64,000 nt of DNA from Macrostomum lignano (Eukaryota). Where the stretch lies: contig NIVC01000558.1 of the NCBI GenBank assembly GCA_002269645.1, positions 248,001-312,000 on the forward strand, given 5' to 3'. How positions within the stretch are numbered: position 1 is the stretch's first letter; each line of letters starts with the position of its first letter. The notes beneath the pieces are model-generated. The model was not told the DNA's origin. It made no database searches and was given only the letters and a program-made list of their open reading frames with translations. Of the stretch, positions 22,401-34,700 are shown in pieces. Made by a program: the position numbers and the translations under genes.

Positions 22401-24088
22401 AGCCCGAATCGGACGCTGGGCCTTGTACCTGATGCAGTTTGATTACCGAATTCAGTATGCACGTGGCAGTAGCATTCCACACGTAGATGCCTTATCCAGA
22501 CTCAGATTCGATGACAGCTCATCAGACGACAAGGCCACATTCGAGACGATTAATTCAATCGCATTTGAATCACCTGTGATCGACGCTAAACGAATCACAG
22601 CGGAGATGGAGTTAGACGCGCTCACCCAGAGAATTCCCAATCGCGTCCGCCAAGGCGATTGGCGAAACTGCAGCCAGGCAGAAGCGCAGTTCAAAAAAGT
22701 CTCAAACAAACTAACGCTAGAAAATGGACTACTCTACATGCAAAGAAGAGTCTTCATTCCACCAAGACTGCGCAAGGCCGCGTTCGATGCCATTCACGAC
22801 ACGCACACGGGCATGCATGCAGCGCACAGTCTAATGTCTACTAGCTGCTGGTGGCCCGGAATGCAACAGGACGTTGCCCAGTTTGTTCGACGCTGTCCAG
22901 ACTGCTGCAGGCTTCGGCCTCAGCTCGGCCACGACAGGGATCGCTGGCCTCCATCAACGTATCCGTTCCAGCGCGTACACATGGACTGGGCATACGTAAA
23001 AGGCGCTGGAAACATCCTGGTCATCGTGGATTCCTTTTCCGGCTGGATAGAAGCCTTTCCTTGCCGCGATCGCACAGCTGATTCAGTCATTCAGTGCCTG
23101 CGTGCCGTATTCACACGGTTCGGCGTCCCCGAGCTGGTGGTTTCGGACAACGCCCCAGAGTTCACCACTGAAGTGCTCACATCGTGGCTCCGCGCCAATG
23201 GTGCCAAGAAGCTCGAGTCACCCACCTATTACCCGCAGGCGAATGGAGCCGCAGAAAGGGCCGTTCAGACCGTCAAGTCCGCACTAAGGGCCTGGTCTGA
23301 AAAAGTTACGCACATGGAGTTTAGCCGCTTCTTGCAAAAGGTCCTCCTGCACCACAGAAACTCAGTCTCTTCGCGGGGCTGCTGCCCAGCCGAAATTCTT
23401 TTTGGACGGCGACTCAGAGTCCCGGTGGTGACCAACTTCGAACAGGGTGACAGCGTGATCTATGCGCCAAGCAGCTCCTCAGTCGGCAACCCGGCAAAGT
23501 TCGTGATGACGGCAGGTCAAAACACGGCATGGATCCTCGCTGACGATGGGCTTCGCCTTGCAAGCACGAATCAACTTGCCCCAATGGCCACCCGGCCATC
23601 GGAATTCGAGATGGAGGACGAAGATGAGACTAACAGCGTGCCAGAAACCGGAAACGAGCCAGTCGCAGGGATTCAGACACCCGTGCCTGAAGAAGCCGTT
23701 CAGCTGAGAAGGAGCCTCAGAAACCGATCCGCTCCTGAGCGCTTTGTGCCTTAAACTGGTATCCGAGGAGGGTTGAAAAAAACGCGAAACTAATGAAACG
23801 ACATGAAACGACTTCACTGTTCCAATTGACATCTTCTGAATATAGGGAGGGGCATGTGGTGTATCGCACACTGAGATGCACTATAGTTTATATAAATTCA
23901 AGTTCGTTATTCAATGCCGTTTGTTTGCACTAATCGCCTCTAAGCATTCTATCGCTACAGTTTCTTCTATGGTAATTAACCCAACCCAAAGTTTCTAGAG
24001 CTCACCCTTCTGATCTCTTTCAAATAAGAAATATAAAGAATCTTAAGCTCATGAGTTAAATACTTCAGCCGGAGTTCAATTCACAACA
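19484..24088 (+). mobile_element. Full-length Ty3/Gypsy LTR retrotransposon (Mag/K02A2.6-like)
   Basis: 5' LTR 19484-19980 and 3' LTR 23855-24088, both TG...CA. 5-bp TSD ttttg on both sides. PBS tggcgtcgc directly after the 5' LTR; PPT agggagggg before the 3' LTR. Confidence 0.95.
19981..23754 (+). CDS. Gag-Pol polyprotein (1257 aa), apparently intact
   Basis: CCHC knuckles (CRYCGKSHPEGRC, CSKCGKKNHFSTVC), protease IDTGAS, RT YQDD, RNase H (TDAS...NYSNIEREALA), integrase HHCC plus D,D35E (HMDW, SDNAPEF, NGAAERAV). The PR-RT-RH-IN order is Ty3/Gypsy. Confidence 0.95.
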   Translation: MASQLGELPLDKPDRAQVWLTAFQALARAKGWSDSTEKKTIADNFLAICGLTALEKLQSLVSPRPLTELSFEDIQTTFVTYLRPKEKLIIAERARFFKTQQLQGESISDFVSRLRQAATDCKFDDLKACRSPSEELISTALIAGLRDSREQQRVLEAMQLKLMSVSEITDFIRNLEQVDGFVARQMDKATGQSKSPCTYEATLHYAQSGRPETSQHASSRRTISACRYCGKSHPEGRCPAFGKSCSKCGKKNHFSTVCKSRSMHYTTTGEEDSDSAQQKTDVLHLIDALNSIEVSMETVRINDKPFKMQIDTGASVSVLSSAQWALLGKPSLMRSNRRLEAFDGHVMKSLGKVTATVELRGRLQPVELIVVSSEKTYGLLGRDLLESDGVFHASDVQAEKTAVEPLPCIRGVKARMELVDGAKPQFCRARAVPLALESQISAELDRLHQLGVIEPTEGPVSNASPVVWVKKKDGTLRMCADYSVHVNSKIKSDSYPIPHIETMFSKLKNAKTFATVDLRSAYWQIELDEAARDLSVINTSRGLYRVNRLQMGMKNASFIFQRTMESILGDIKGLLIYQDDILIHAPDKPTLEKRLAAVRTRLSEKRVTINEAKSISYCDSVSFLGFRISAAGIQPDDRLVEKIRHVCPPANKSELAHFLGLVNFFGRLIPNFAGKTAPLNRLRQASVPFVWSEECSKAFESLKLEIASAPVVQPYSLTKELTLTTDASKGALAAVATQDGHPVIYVSRSLSSAESNYSNIEREALAIVWAIARLKHYFHGRPFTIRTDHQPLIRLFGSGSGVPVDASARIGRWALYLMQFDYRIQYARGSSIPHVDALSRLRFDDSSSDDKATFETINSIAFESPVIDAKRITAEMELDALTQRIPNRVRQGDWRNCSQAEAQFKKVSNKLTLENGLLYMQRRVFIPPRLRKAAFDAIHDTHTGMHAAHSLMSTSCWWPGMQQDVAQFVRRCPDCCRLRPQLGHDRDRWPPSTYPFQRVHMDWAYVKGAGNILVIVDSFSGWIEAFPCRDRTADSVIQCLRAVFTRFGVPELVVSDNAPEFTTEVLTSWLRANGAKKLESPTYYPQANGAAERAVQTVKSALRAWSEKVTHMEFSRFLQKVLLHHRNSVSSRGCCPAEILFGRRLRVPVVTNFEQGDSVIYAPSSSSVGNPAKFVMTAGQNTAWILADDGLRLASTNQLAPMATRPSEFEMEDEDETNSVPETGNEPVAGIQTPVPEEAVQLRRSLRNRSAPERFVP

Positions 24089-25210
24089 TTTTGCTTACCG
24101 ACAGTCACGGAAAGCAGCTTTCTTTTACATGAATGCCCTTGAACATGGTGAATAGAAAATAAGTAATTCTTTTCATGAATGGGTCTCCAAGGCTGCAAAA
24201 AATAACTTCGTTCCTCACTTGAAAGGATACGCGATTTCTGCACCGCAAGGCCGATATCTCTCACAGCAGATGCTGAATGACAGCTTGATGACAAAAGTAA
24301 GCATGTAGAAGTAGAACCCGCGGCTTGGTCACCAGCAGAATGGGCGCCGTCACCAGCAGAATGGGCGCCGTCACCAGCAGAATGGCCGCCATCACTGGCA
24401 GAATGGGCGCCATCACTGGCAGAATGGCCGCCATCACTGGCAGAATGGCCGCCATCACTGGCAGAATGGGCGCCGTCACTGGCAGAATGGCCGCCATCAC
24501 TGGCAGAATGGCGCTGAGCTCCCCGTCAACTTAGTAACGGCCAAGACCCGCTGATAAGGGAGGGGGTGCTGCATAGTTTTGTCAGCCGATTTGGGGGGGG
24601 GGGGGCGCGGCCCTCCTTGCCCCCCTCTGGCTACGCCCCTGATAAAACTCCATAGTGCTTTTAGGCATTGTGAAAGTTAAGGTTTATGAAAAGAGCTTGT
24701 GAAAGTTTGTGTCTTGCGACATTGTGAAATTTAGGGTTTGTGGAAGCGACCCCTTATATTCGTGCTTGGAATTGGTTACTAGTGTCAGTCTATTAAATTT
24801 AGTAGATAAGGCTAAAGTGGTACATGACAGTTAAGTATTAACAGTATATATATTGACAATTGTAAGACTCACATTTTAAACTATTTTTACATTCTCTGTA
24901 TAACATGTAGTTTAATGTAGTTTATCAGAGCCTAGTCCAGTTTATTAGGTCCGTTTTTCCAAACCTCTTTGCTGGGGTAATATTTGATACCTCTTGGCAA
25001 GCAACAGAAAAGTAAGAAAAGAAATTCTCAAGAAATTGTTCCACTGCTAAATGAGTGCCAACACCTGTGGCAGCAGGAGTTCTGCAGTGTGGTTGTGCTG
25101 GACACCGGACCGGACTGCGCGAGCGTGCTGGCCGGTGACCGAGCTCAACAGCTCAGCCTGGGCCGATGCGTTGTTGCCAAGCGTTGCCGGGCTGTTGCTG
25201 GGCGAATCCT

Positions 25211-26955
25211 GCTGGCTGTAGCTTATCCCCAGGCTGTGGCTCTCATGCTGACGGAGCTGGCCACTTGCTGGCTGTAGCTTATCCCCAGGCTGTGGCTCTC
25301 ATGCTGACGGAGCTGGGCACTTGCTGGCTGTAGCTTATCCCCAGACTGTGGCTCTCATGCTGACGGAGCTGGGCACTTGCTGGCTGTAGCTTATCCCCAG
25401 GCTGTGGCTCTCATGCTGACGGAGCTGGGCACTTGCTGGCTGTAGCTTATCCCCAGGCTGTGGCTCTCATGCTGACGGAGCTGGGCACTTGCTGGCTGTA
25501 GCTTATCCATAGGCTGTGGCTCTCATGCTGACGGAGCTGGGCACTTGCTGGCTGTAGCTTATCCCCAGGCTGTGGCTCTCATGCTGACGGAGCTGGGCAC
25601 CTGCTGTCTGTAGCTTATCCCCAGGCTGTGGCTCTCATGCTGACGGAGCTGGGCACTTGCTGTCTGTAGCTTATCCCCAGGCTGTGGCTCTCATGCTGAC
25701 GGAGCTGGGCACCTGCTGGCTGTAGCTTATCCCCAGGCTGTGGCTCTCATGCTGACGGAGCTGGGCACCTGCTGGCTGTAGCTTATCCCCAGGCTGTGGC
25801 TCTCATGCTGACGGAGCTGGGCATCTGCTGTCTGTAGCTTATCCCAAGGCTGTGGCTCTCATGCTGACGGAGCTGGGCACCTGCTGGCTGTAGCTTATCC
25901 CCAGGCTGTGGCTCTCATGCTGACGGAGCTGGGCACCTGCTGGCTGTAGCTTATCCCCAGACTGTGGCTCTCATGCTGACGGAGCTGGGCACTTGCTGTC
26001 TGTAGCTTATCCCCAGGCTGTGGCTCTCATGCTGACGGAGCTGGGCACCTGCTGGCTGTAGCTTATCCCCAGGCTGTGGCTCTCATGCTGACGGAGCTGG
26101 GCACCTGCTGGCTGTAGCTTATCCCCAGGCTGTGGCTCTCATGCTGACGGAGCTGGGCATCTGCTGTCTGTAGCTTATCCCAAGGCTGTGGCTCTCATGC
26201 TGACGGAGCTGGGCACCTGCTGGCTGTAGCTTATCCCAAGGCTGTGGCTCTCATGCTGACGGAGCTGGGTACTTGCTGGCTGTAGCTTATCCCCAGGCTG
26301 TGGCTCTCATGCTGACGGAGCTGGGCACCTGCTGGCTGTAGCTTATCCCCAGGCTGTGGCTCTCATGCTGACGGAGCTGGGCACCTGCTGGCTGTAGCTT
26401 ATCCCCAGGCTGTGGCTCTCATGCTGACGGAGCTGGGCACCTGCTGGCTGTAGCTTATCCCCAGGCTGTGGCTCTCATGCTGACGGAGCTGGGCATCTGC
26501 TGTCTGTAGCTTATCCCAAGGCTGTGGCTCTCATGCTGACGGAGCTGGGCACCTGCTGGCTGTAGCTTATCCCAAGGCTGTGGCTCTCATGCTGACGGAG
26601 CTGGGTACTTGCTGGCTGTAGCTTATCCCCAGGCTGTGGCTCTCATGCTGACGGAGCTGGGCACTTGCTGTCTGTAGCTTATCCCCAGGCTGTGGCTCTC
26701 ATGCTGACGGAGCTGGGCACCTGCTGGCTGTAGCTTATCCCCAGGCTGTGGCTCTCATGCTGACGGAGCTGGGCACTTGCTGTCTGTAGCTTATCCCCAG
26801 GCTGTGGCTCTCATACTGACGGAGCTGGGCACTTGCTGTCTGTAGCTTATCCTCAGGCTGTGGCTCTCATACTGACGGAGCTGGGCACCTGCTGGCTGTA
26901 GCTTATCCCCAGGCTGTGGCTGTGGCTCTCATGCTGACGGAGCTGGGCACTTGCG
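25211..26955. repeat. 56-bp minisatellite (gctgtagcttatccccaggctgtggctctcatgctgacggagctgggcacttgctg)n, ~31 copies
   Basis: Directly visible; period measured 25215 to 25271. Confidence 0.95.
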
Positions 26956-27040
26956 ACAGCGCTGGCGACTAATATTGGCCTCATTGGCAGCTGATGGGGG
27001 AGCTGCAGCCGCCAAAACCAGATCAACTGTAGCCTAAGCT

Positions 27041-27265
27041 TAAGATTAAGCTACCAGCCTCCCAGATACCAGATTAAGCTACCAGCCTCCCAGATTCCCA
27101 GATTAGGCTACCAGCCTCCCAGATCCCCAGATTAAGCTACCAGCCTCCCAGATCCTCAGATTAAGCTACCAGCCTCCCAGATCCCCGATTAAGCTGCCGG
27201 CCTCCCAAATCATCATATTAAGATACCAGCCTCATAGATCCCCATATTAAGCTACCACAATGCCA
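27041..27265. repeat. ~28-bp degenerate tandem repeat (agattaagctaccagcctcccagatccc)
   Basis: Directly visible. Confidence 0.8.
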
Positions 27266-28080
27266 GATCCCCACTATATTCTCCCATAATTAACAATGCA
27301 CCATTTGCCCCACCCATCCGCAGTCGCGCTTCCCTGGTCAGGTGGCAGCAGCTTCTACGGTTATTTCTGCATCCTCAAGCGGACTGGGCTGGCTCGTGGG
27401 CGATGGAGAGGCGGTGCTGCTGGACGCGAGCTGCAGCTTGGTTGAGCGAAGGCTGCTGAACTGCCAGATCAGCTGTGCGGTGTCGAGCAGAGCCGATGGC
27501 ATCCAAGGCGATCCCAGCAGGCACAGAGGTTTGAAAATTGCGGGACTCGAGTCCAGCATTGCCTGGCTGTGCTGTTGCTGCCATCAAATCCACTGCTGCC
27601 TGACTGCCCCAGCTGAAGTCCAGTCAGTGCCGGACACAGCTATTAATATTTATTGCTAGGAATTCAGCAGTGAGCAGCACATTGCTGACTGCTGTCTCAT
27701 TTGAGTTCAGACTCAAGGACCGATTGTTGCTATGCCAATCAAAAATCAGTACTGATCATAAATCATTACCGTCTGGCACCTGTGTGATCAGCCGGTTCCG
27801 CTTGAGTCGAGAGTCTGAGCCGCTGCATCGGTGGGCAGATGTGGTTTGTCTCAGACCCGGCCGACTCTTGGCCATAGACAGCGGCTGGCTGCATCAGTTG
27901 GAGTACGGCAGCTGGGGCTTCCAGTGCGCCTGACTGTCCGATTGCTGCAACTGGAGACTGGCGTCTCAGCTTCATCGGTTGCTGGTGAACCATTGCCCCA
28001 TGCAGCTGTGCCTGCTGCCGTGTGCTTCGGGTGACAGCGGCTTGTGTCTCTGCATTGACTTACTGCAGCTGTTGATCAAG

Positions 28081-28945
28081 TGCTCAATAAGCCTGAGTTG
28101 GTTAAACTGTGCTCAGTAAGCCTGAGTTGGTTAAACTGTGCTCAATAAGCCTGAGTTGGTTAAACTGTGCTCAGTAAGCCTGAGTTGGTTAAACTGTGCT
28201 CAGTAAGCCTGAGTTGGTTAAACTGTGCTCAGTAAGCCTGAGTTGGTTAAACTGTGCTCAGTAAGCGTGAGTTGGTTAAACTGTGCTCACAGGTTGTAAT
28301 TCTGAGTTGGTATCGATTTTTAATCAGAATGGAATCTGGAGACTGTGCAGCATGTGAGGCGATTCTGCGAATATGAGATCATGAGGTCCATGTTTATTGT
28401 TTATTTACTTGGATGTCTTTGATAAATTTATAACAAATCGTTCGTTTAGCATTTAGGCATTGATTTAGGTCATAGACAATTGCGGTCATCCTCAGTAGGT
28501 CATAGACAATTGCGGTCATACTCAGTAGGTCATCATACAATTGCGGTCATGCTCAGTAGGTCATCAGACAATTGCGGTCACACCCAGCAGGTCATAGACA
28601 ATTGCGGTCATGCTCAGTAGGTCATAGGCAATTGCGGTCATGCTCAGTAGATCATAGACAATTGCGGTCATGCTCAGTAGGTCATAGGCAATTGCGGTCA
28701 TGCTCAGTAGGTCATAGACAATTTCGGTCATGCTCAGTAGGTCATAGACAATTGCGGTCATGCTCAGTAGGTCATAGACAATTGCGGTCATGCTCAGTAG
28801 GTCATAGACAATTGCGGTCATGCACAGTAGGTCATAGACAATTGCGGTCATGCTCAGTAGGTCATAGACAATTGCGGTCATCCTCAGTAGGTCATAGACA
28901 ATTGCGGTCATGCTCAGTGGGTCATAGACAATTAGGGTCATACTC
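28081..28945. repeat. 29-bp array (gagttggttaaactgtgctcagtaagcct, ~7x, 28081-28290) and 30-bp array (gtcatagacaattgcggtcatgctcagtag, ~16x, 28468-28945)
   Basis: Directly visible. Confidence 0.9.
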
Positions 28946-29287
28946 AGTACATGTAGATCATAGACAATCATGATCACAACTCGTACATGTAGGGTAGCTG
29001 TGAAGAATCGGTCATAAACAGTAAATGAATTCAACGATCAAAATTAACAATAGCATGAAACCTACGACCCCCTTTTACCTTCTATTTTACGCCCTTTCCC
29101 CTGATCTTACCCTCACCAGAATCTCACCCGAGTTTCACCAGAATCTCACAAAGATGGGGACAAAGCGACATGACATATGCATGAATTATTAATTCACCGA
29201 TGCACGCCTGCATGCAGCCTACCAGAAAATTATGATAACTGCTGGATATGAGAGGGTAGAGAGAAGAGTAAAGAAGACTGTCATATC

Positions 29288-31720
29288 AAACAGGAAATTC
29301 CCATGTCTAACAGGAGACTCCCATGTCTAACAGGAGACTCCCATGTCTAACAGGAGACTCCCATGTCTAACAGGAGACTCCCATGTCTAACAGGAGACTG
29401 CCATGTCTAACAGGAGACTCCCATGTCTAACAGGAGACTCCCATGTCTAACAGGAGACTCCCATGTCTAACAGGAGACTCCCATGTCTAACAGGAGACTC
29501 CCATGTCTAACAGGACACCATGTCTAACAGCAAAAGTGTGCATTCATTTTAAAACCATACTCTGCTATCTAGAGTAGTCTCAAAAGCTTTTCCCACCAAA
29601 TTCGGTCCAAATAAAAGCAGAAATGCGGTTCTATTCTCATTTTCCTGCTCAAAACAGCGGCTGAGGTGGCTGTGCAGCCCCTCAGGCCCCGCCATTGTCT
29701 CAGTTCAATGCAATGCGAAGCCACTGCAAACACTTATTTATGCAAATTTCACAGTGCACTGAGTGAGCACAGACTCAAGTGTCTGCCAGCATCATTGATG
29801 CAGCATCAGCTGTTCAAATGAGATGCACAGAATGGCTGATGCTCGTTCGAACACACTTTTGTGCAGATGAAGAAACAAGCAGCACCACCCAGCCTCCAGG
29901 TGAGCACATTGCTCAGCTGTCCACTGACTCTCTCCGAGCTCGAGTCTCCCCCATCGCCATGGCAACTGGAGAAGCTCTGCAGCGTCTGTGCAGTTAAGGG
30001 CTCTGCACATCTCTTTGCTCACTGCGTGAGGGGCCGAGCCGTGAGGCAGCCTCAGACCTCATGACACTCTGCAAGCCCTTTGAAAACAATGGCCAGCTTC
30101 ATTGCATGCCAGCTTCATCAGCTCTGCCTTCCCCGCACTGTTGTGTGCATTGCACTGAGTGAGGCTCAGAAATGACGCTGCGAAATATTGAAATATGAAA
30201 TGGGACACAGCGGGTCACGGCAAGTCAGGACACAGCGGGTCACGGCAAGTCAGGACACAGCGGGTCACGGCAAGTCAGGACACAGCGGGTCACGGCAAGT
30301 CAGGACACAGCGGGTCACGGCAAGTCAGGACACAGCGGGTCACGGCAAGTCAGGACACAGCGGGTCACGGCAAGTCAGGACACAGCGGGTCACGGCAAGT
30401 CAGGACACAGCGGGTCACGGCAAGTCAGGACACAGCGGGTCACGGCAAGTCAGGACACAGCGGGTCACGCCAAGTCAGGACACAGCGGGTCACGCCAAGT
30501 CAGGACACAGCGGGTCACGGCAAGTCAGGACACAGCGGGTCACCGCAAGTCAGGACACAGCGGGTCACGGCAAGTCAGGACACAGCGGGTCACGGCAAGT
30601 CAGGACACAGCGGGTCACGGCAAGCCAAGCGGTGGCTGTATATTTAACTGAGAAGTCTTGAGTAAGCACTGGACTTCCTGCTCCAACAGTTGCTAATAAA
30701 AAGTCAGTCCAAAAATCAAATACAAAAATCAGTGCCGGAAAAAGCGCCAAACCGGTGGCTGAAAAATGTGAAAAATTCTCGGCAACACAAAATCTGGAGT
30801 AGGCATTGAGCAGTCTGAGCAGATTGGGGAAATTGTGATTGGCTCTGTGCCAGAGTTTCAAAATCAACATTGATCAGCTTGAAACTGGAATGGCACTCGA
30901 GTCAGCTCAAAAATGTCTCATTAATTGAAAGGAGCAACCGGTAAAACAAACCCGGCAGTCAAATAAACAAAATTTGAATTCCGAATCGCAGACGAATAAA
31001 CAAAACTGTGATTGGATAATTGATCCGGGAATCGGGTAGCAGCAGGGTGATCGATAGACAAAACGATAATTCAAAATTTAAAATCTGAATGAGCAGTTCG
31101 AACAAACAAAGCAGCCGGATAAACAAAATGCCCAATCGGATAAACAAAATGGGCAATCGGATAAACAAAATGGGCAATCAGATGAACAAAAACGGCAATC
31201 GGATAAACAAAAAGGGCAATCGGATAAACAAAAAGGGTAATCAAATAAACAAAAAGGTCAATCGGATAAACAAAAAGGACAATCGGATAAACAAAAAAGG
31301 GCAATCAGATAAAAAAAAGTTCAATCGGATAAACAAAAAGGGCAATCAAATAAACAAAAAGGGCAATCAGATAAACAAAAAAGGGCAATCAGATAAACAA
31401 AAAGGTCAATCGGATAAACAAAAAGGGCAATCAAATAAACAAAAAGGGCAATCAGATAAACAAAAAAGGGCAATCAGATAAACAAAAAGGTCAATCGGAT
31501 AAACAAAAAGGGCAATCAAATAAACAAAAAGGGCAATCAGATAAACAAAAAAGGGCAATCAGATAAACAAAAAGGTCAATCGGATAAACAAAAAGAGCAA
31601 TCGGATAAACAAAAAGAGCAATCGAATAAACAAAAAGGTCAATCAGATAAACAGAAAGGGCAATCGAATAAACAAAAAGGCAATCAGATAAACAAAAAGA
31701 GCAATCAGATAAACAAAAAA
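29288..31720. repeat. Three arrays in the 3' flank of kinase gene A: 20-bp ccatgtctaacaggagactc (29288-29530), 25-bp caggacacagcgggtcacggcaagt (30203-30625), ~21-bp A-rich ggataaacaaaaagggcaatc (31115-31720)
   Basis: Directly visible. Confidence 0.9.
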
Positions 31721-31786
31721 CATCACCAAGCAAAACCGGCCGCTCCAAGAGCCGCTCCGCTCCCTCACAGCCCATCGCTCTCGCAG

Positions 31787-34700
31787 TCAGGATGAGGCAC
31801 TCAGGAAGCTGTGCCGCAGCAGCTCCGCGGTGTCCGCTCGCTTCCTCGGGTCATAGTCTACGCACCTGAGGTAGAAGTCCTTCAGGCCGGCTGAGAACCC
31901 GTCCGCAATCCGAGGCATCTTCTGCTTTCTAAACCGCAGAATGCCAATATTTTCAATTGGCTGGTCTCCATCAGGAGGCTGCATGGCCGTCAGCTCATAC
32001 ACGGTGCAGCCGAAGGCCCACACGTCGGTCTTGGCTGAGTACAGAAGTGATTTCAATTTTGTGTCGAACAGCTCCGGAGCCATGAAGTACATGGTACCTT
32101 TTGGTCCGAAGCCTGTGCTAAGACCGCAGGTCTTCTCAATCTCCTTGGCCAGACCGAAGTCGATCAGCTTGATGACGCCCTCGTTGGTGAGCATAATATT
32201 GGAGCTCTTAATGTCACGGTGCAAGATAGCGCCCTCCGGCTGGCAGTGCAGAAAGTTCAGGCCTGAGCAGATCTGCAGGAGCAGTTTTGAGCAGTCATGA
32301 GACCCCATACCTGCTCCCACCCACACTGATCCCACACTAATCCCACACTGATCCCACACTGATCCCACACTGATCCCACACTGATCCCACACTGATCCCA
32401 CACTGATCCCACACTGATCCCACGCTGATCCCACACTGATCCCACACTAATCCCACATCCCACCCATGCCAGGCAATGCCAGAGAACTCAGAGACACACC
32501 TGTCTGGAGAAGTCCCTGACCCCGGACTCCTTGAACGGCTTTTTTTGACGCTGCATCAGCTCAAAGAGGCTGTGACCCGAGACCAGCTCGGTGAAGATGT
32601 ACAGCCCATCCGACTTCTGCTCGCACTTGAGGAACTGCAGGATGTTGGGATGCGAGAGTCGCTTGAGGATCTCAACTCCCCGCTTCTCCATCTCGACGGC
32701 TCTCTGCAGCTTCCCCGATTGGCCGGTGCCGCTCAGGGGCAGCACCTTGACAGCCACCGTCTGGTTGCGGTCTGTGAGGGCCTTGTACACCTTGCCGAAT
32801 CCACCACGGCCGATGAGCTGCTTCTTGTCGTCCTGCAGAATGAAGTCCCAGTCGGTGAAGCTGGGGTCCAGCTGCTTCTTGGCGCTGAAACATGAAATGA
32901 AGGAATTGATGAATTTTGTGTTGCTTGGGGCTTTCTGAGTACTTTGGAGTCACTCAGCCTTCTGCGTCACTACTCTTATGCGTCACCATCCTTATGCGTC
33001 ACCACCCTTCTGCGTCACCAGCCTTCTGCGTCAACCACCCTTCTGCGTCACCACCCTTCTGCGTCACCAACCTTCTGCGTCACCAGCCTTCTGCGTCACC
33101 ACCCTTCTGCGTCACCACCCTTCTGCGTCACCACCCTTCTGCGTCACCACCCTTCTGCGTCACCACCCTTCTGCGTCACCACCCTTCTGCGTCACCACCC
33201 TTCTGCGTCACCGCCCTTCTGCGTCACCACCCTTCTGCGTCACCACCCTTCTGCGTCACCGCCCTTCTGCGTCACCACCCTTCTGCGTCACCAGCCTTCT
33301 GCGTCACCAGCCTTCTGCGTCACCGCCCTTCTGCGTCACCACCCTTCTGCGTCACCACCCTTCTGCGTCACCACCCTTCTGCGTCACCACCCTTCTGCGT
33401 CACAACCCTTCTGCGTCACCACCCTTCTGCGTCACCACCCTTCTGCGTCACCACCCTTCTGCGTCACCACCCTTCTGTCATGAGCATCCTCGGGCGCCGT
33501 GAAGAGCCAGGTTCCTTTTGGCTGGTTGCCTGCGCTCAGACTGCAGGTTCTGATGAGTTCACTAACTGTCGCCTCATCATTTCTCACCGAGTCTTTTCAG
33601 GCAGTCCGACCGGAGTCGGCCCAGGCGGCTGGACGCTCTGTCGAGCTCGTGGGCGGGGACGCGGAGCTGCAGCGCTGTAGGAAGAGTTTTACGAGTGAGC
33701 CCGTTAAACATGTCTGGGTCGCCAACTCTGCTAATGCTTCGTGTATAAAAAGCCCTTGCAGATTGAGCTTTGGGTGGCGCTATATGGACATTGGGGGCGC
33801 GATCGGGAGATTGCGGCGCCACGAAGAGATTGGAGGCTCTCAAATCATTCAAGTGCCAATATTTTGAACATCACACCAAGTACATTCCTACTAAAATCGG
33901 AGAGTTTGAAACTTCGGAGAGTTTGATGGCACTTGCACTCGCTGATGCTTTGTGTTTAGAAACTGCAGATTGAGCTGTGGGTGGGGGTTGTGGGCCCATA
34001 GGGAGGTTGGAGGCGCCATGGGGAGATTGGAGACGCCGTTGGGAGGTTGGAGGCGCCATGAAGAGGTTTAAGGCGCCATGGGGAGGTTGGGGGCGCCATG
34101 GGGAGGTTGGAGGCGCCATGAGGAGGTTGGAGGCGCCATGGGGAGGTTGGGGGCGCCATGGGGAGGTTGGGGCACCATGGGGAGGTTGGAGGCGCCATGT
34201 AGAGGTTGGGGGCGCCATGAGGAGCTGTACTGACAGATTCATGACACCCTCGCTTGACTGCGGCGCTGCTGAGAATTTCAGGGCGCCGATCATCAAAGCA
34301 ATGAATTTCAATGAATTTTCGCCAAAAAACATTTTCAGAATTTTCAGTGTCAGGCAGCAGCTCTCAGTCAGGACTCACCCAGCTGAGGCGGCAGTCGGCG
34401 CTGAGCTGCCAGCGGGAGGCCGAGAGGCTTCGAGCTGCCGCTGCGTGGAGGAAATCCAGGCCCGCTTTGCTGACTCGTCTGTGAGGCACCGCCGACTCGC
34501 AACAACATCAGCCGGTGTTTCGCCCCTGTTGTTCTTCAAGCTGAGCATTTCGGCTCCGATTTGGTCAAAAATGAACTGAAGAGAGTCGACTGGCTGCCAC
34601 TGAGCGGCCAAATGGACGGCCGTGTTACCGTCTTTGCCAGGAACTGTGAGACAGTCGCTGCCGAGCTCCTTCACCAGCCACTTCAGATTTGAATTGTCAG

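Larger units (their letters stand above)
18343..24641 (-). mobile_element. Degenerate hAT-superfamily DNA transposon (DUF4371 / ZMYM1-THAP12-like transposase) interrupted by a Gypsy insertion
   Basis: TIR-like ends tagtggcgtagcca (18343) and tggctacgcccctg (24641). Minus-strand remnants: LSSEERSYFLQPWRP (~24200), GACCTSCVLL (~19450), DSILTCARQNIALRGHRGE...NDGNFRALLRYQARGGDADLVNH...NASYLSPQNQNE (~19170-18930), and GEKIAAAIFRRLEAIGLDLTRCVARCFDGASS (~18740-18640). Frameshifts and stops are present, and no 8-bp TSD was found. Confidence 0.8.

Noticed and set aside
25211-26955. CRISPR-like appearance of regular repeats (also 43217-45830)
   Set aside because: Head-to-tail units without unique spacers, no cas genes, and a eukaryotic context.
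27338-28040. GC-rich Ala/Gln-rich open frames on the minus strand (also ~25080-25260)
   Set aside because: No recognisable domain or consistent splice model; they may be exons of an unknown gene but cannot be supported.
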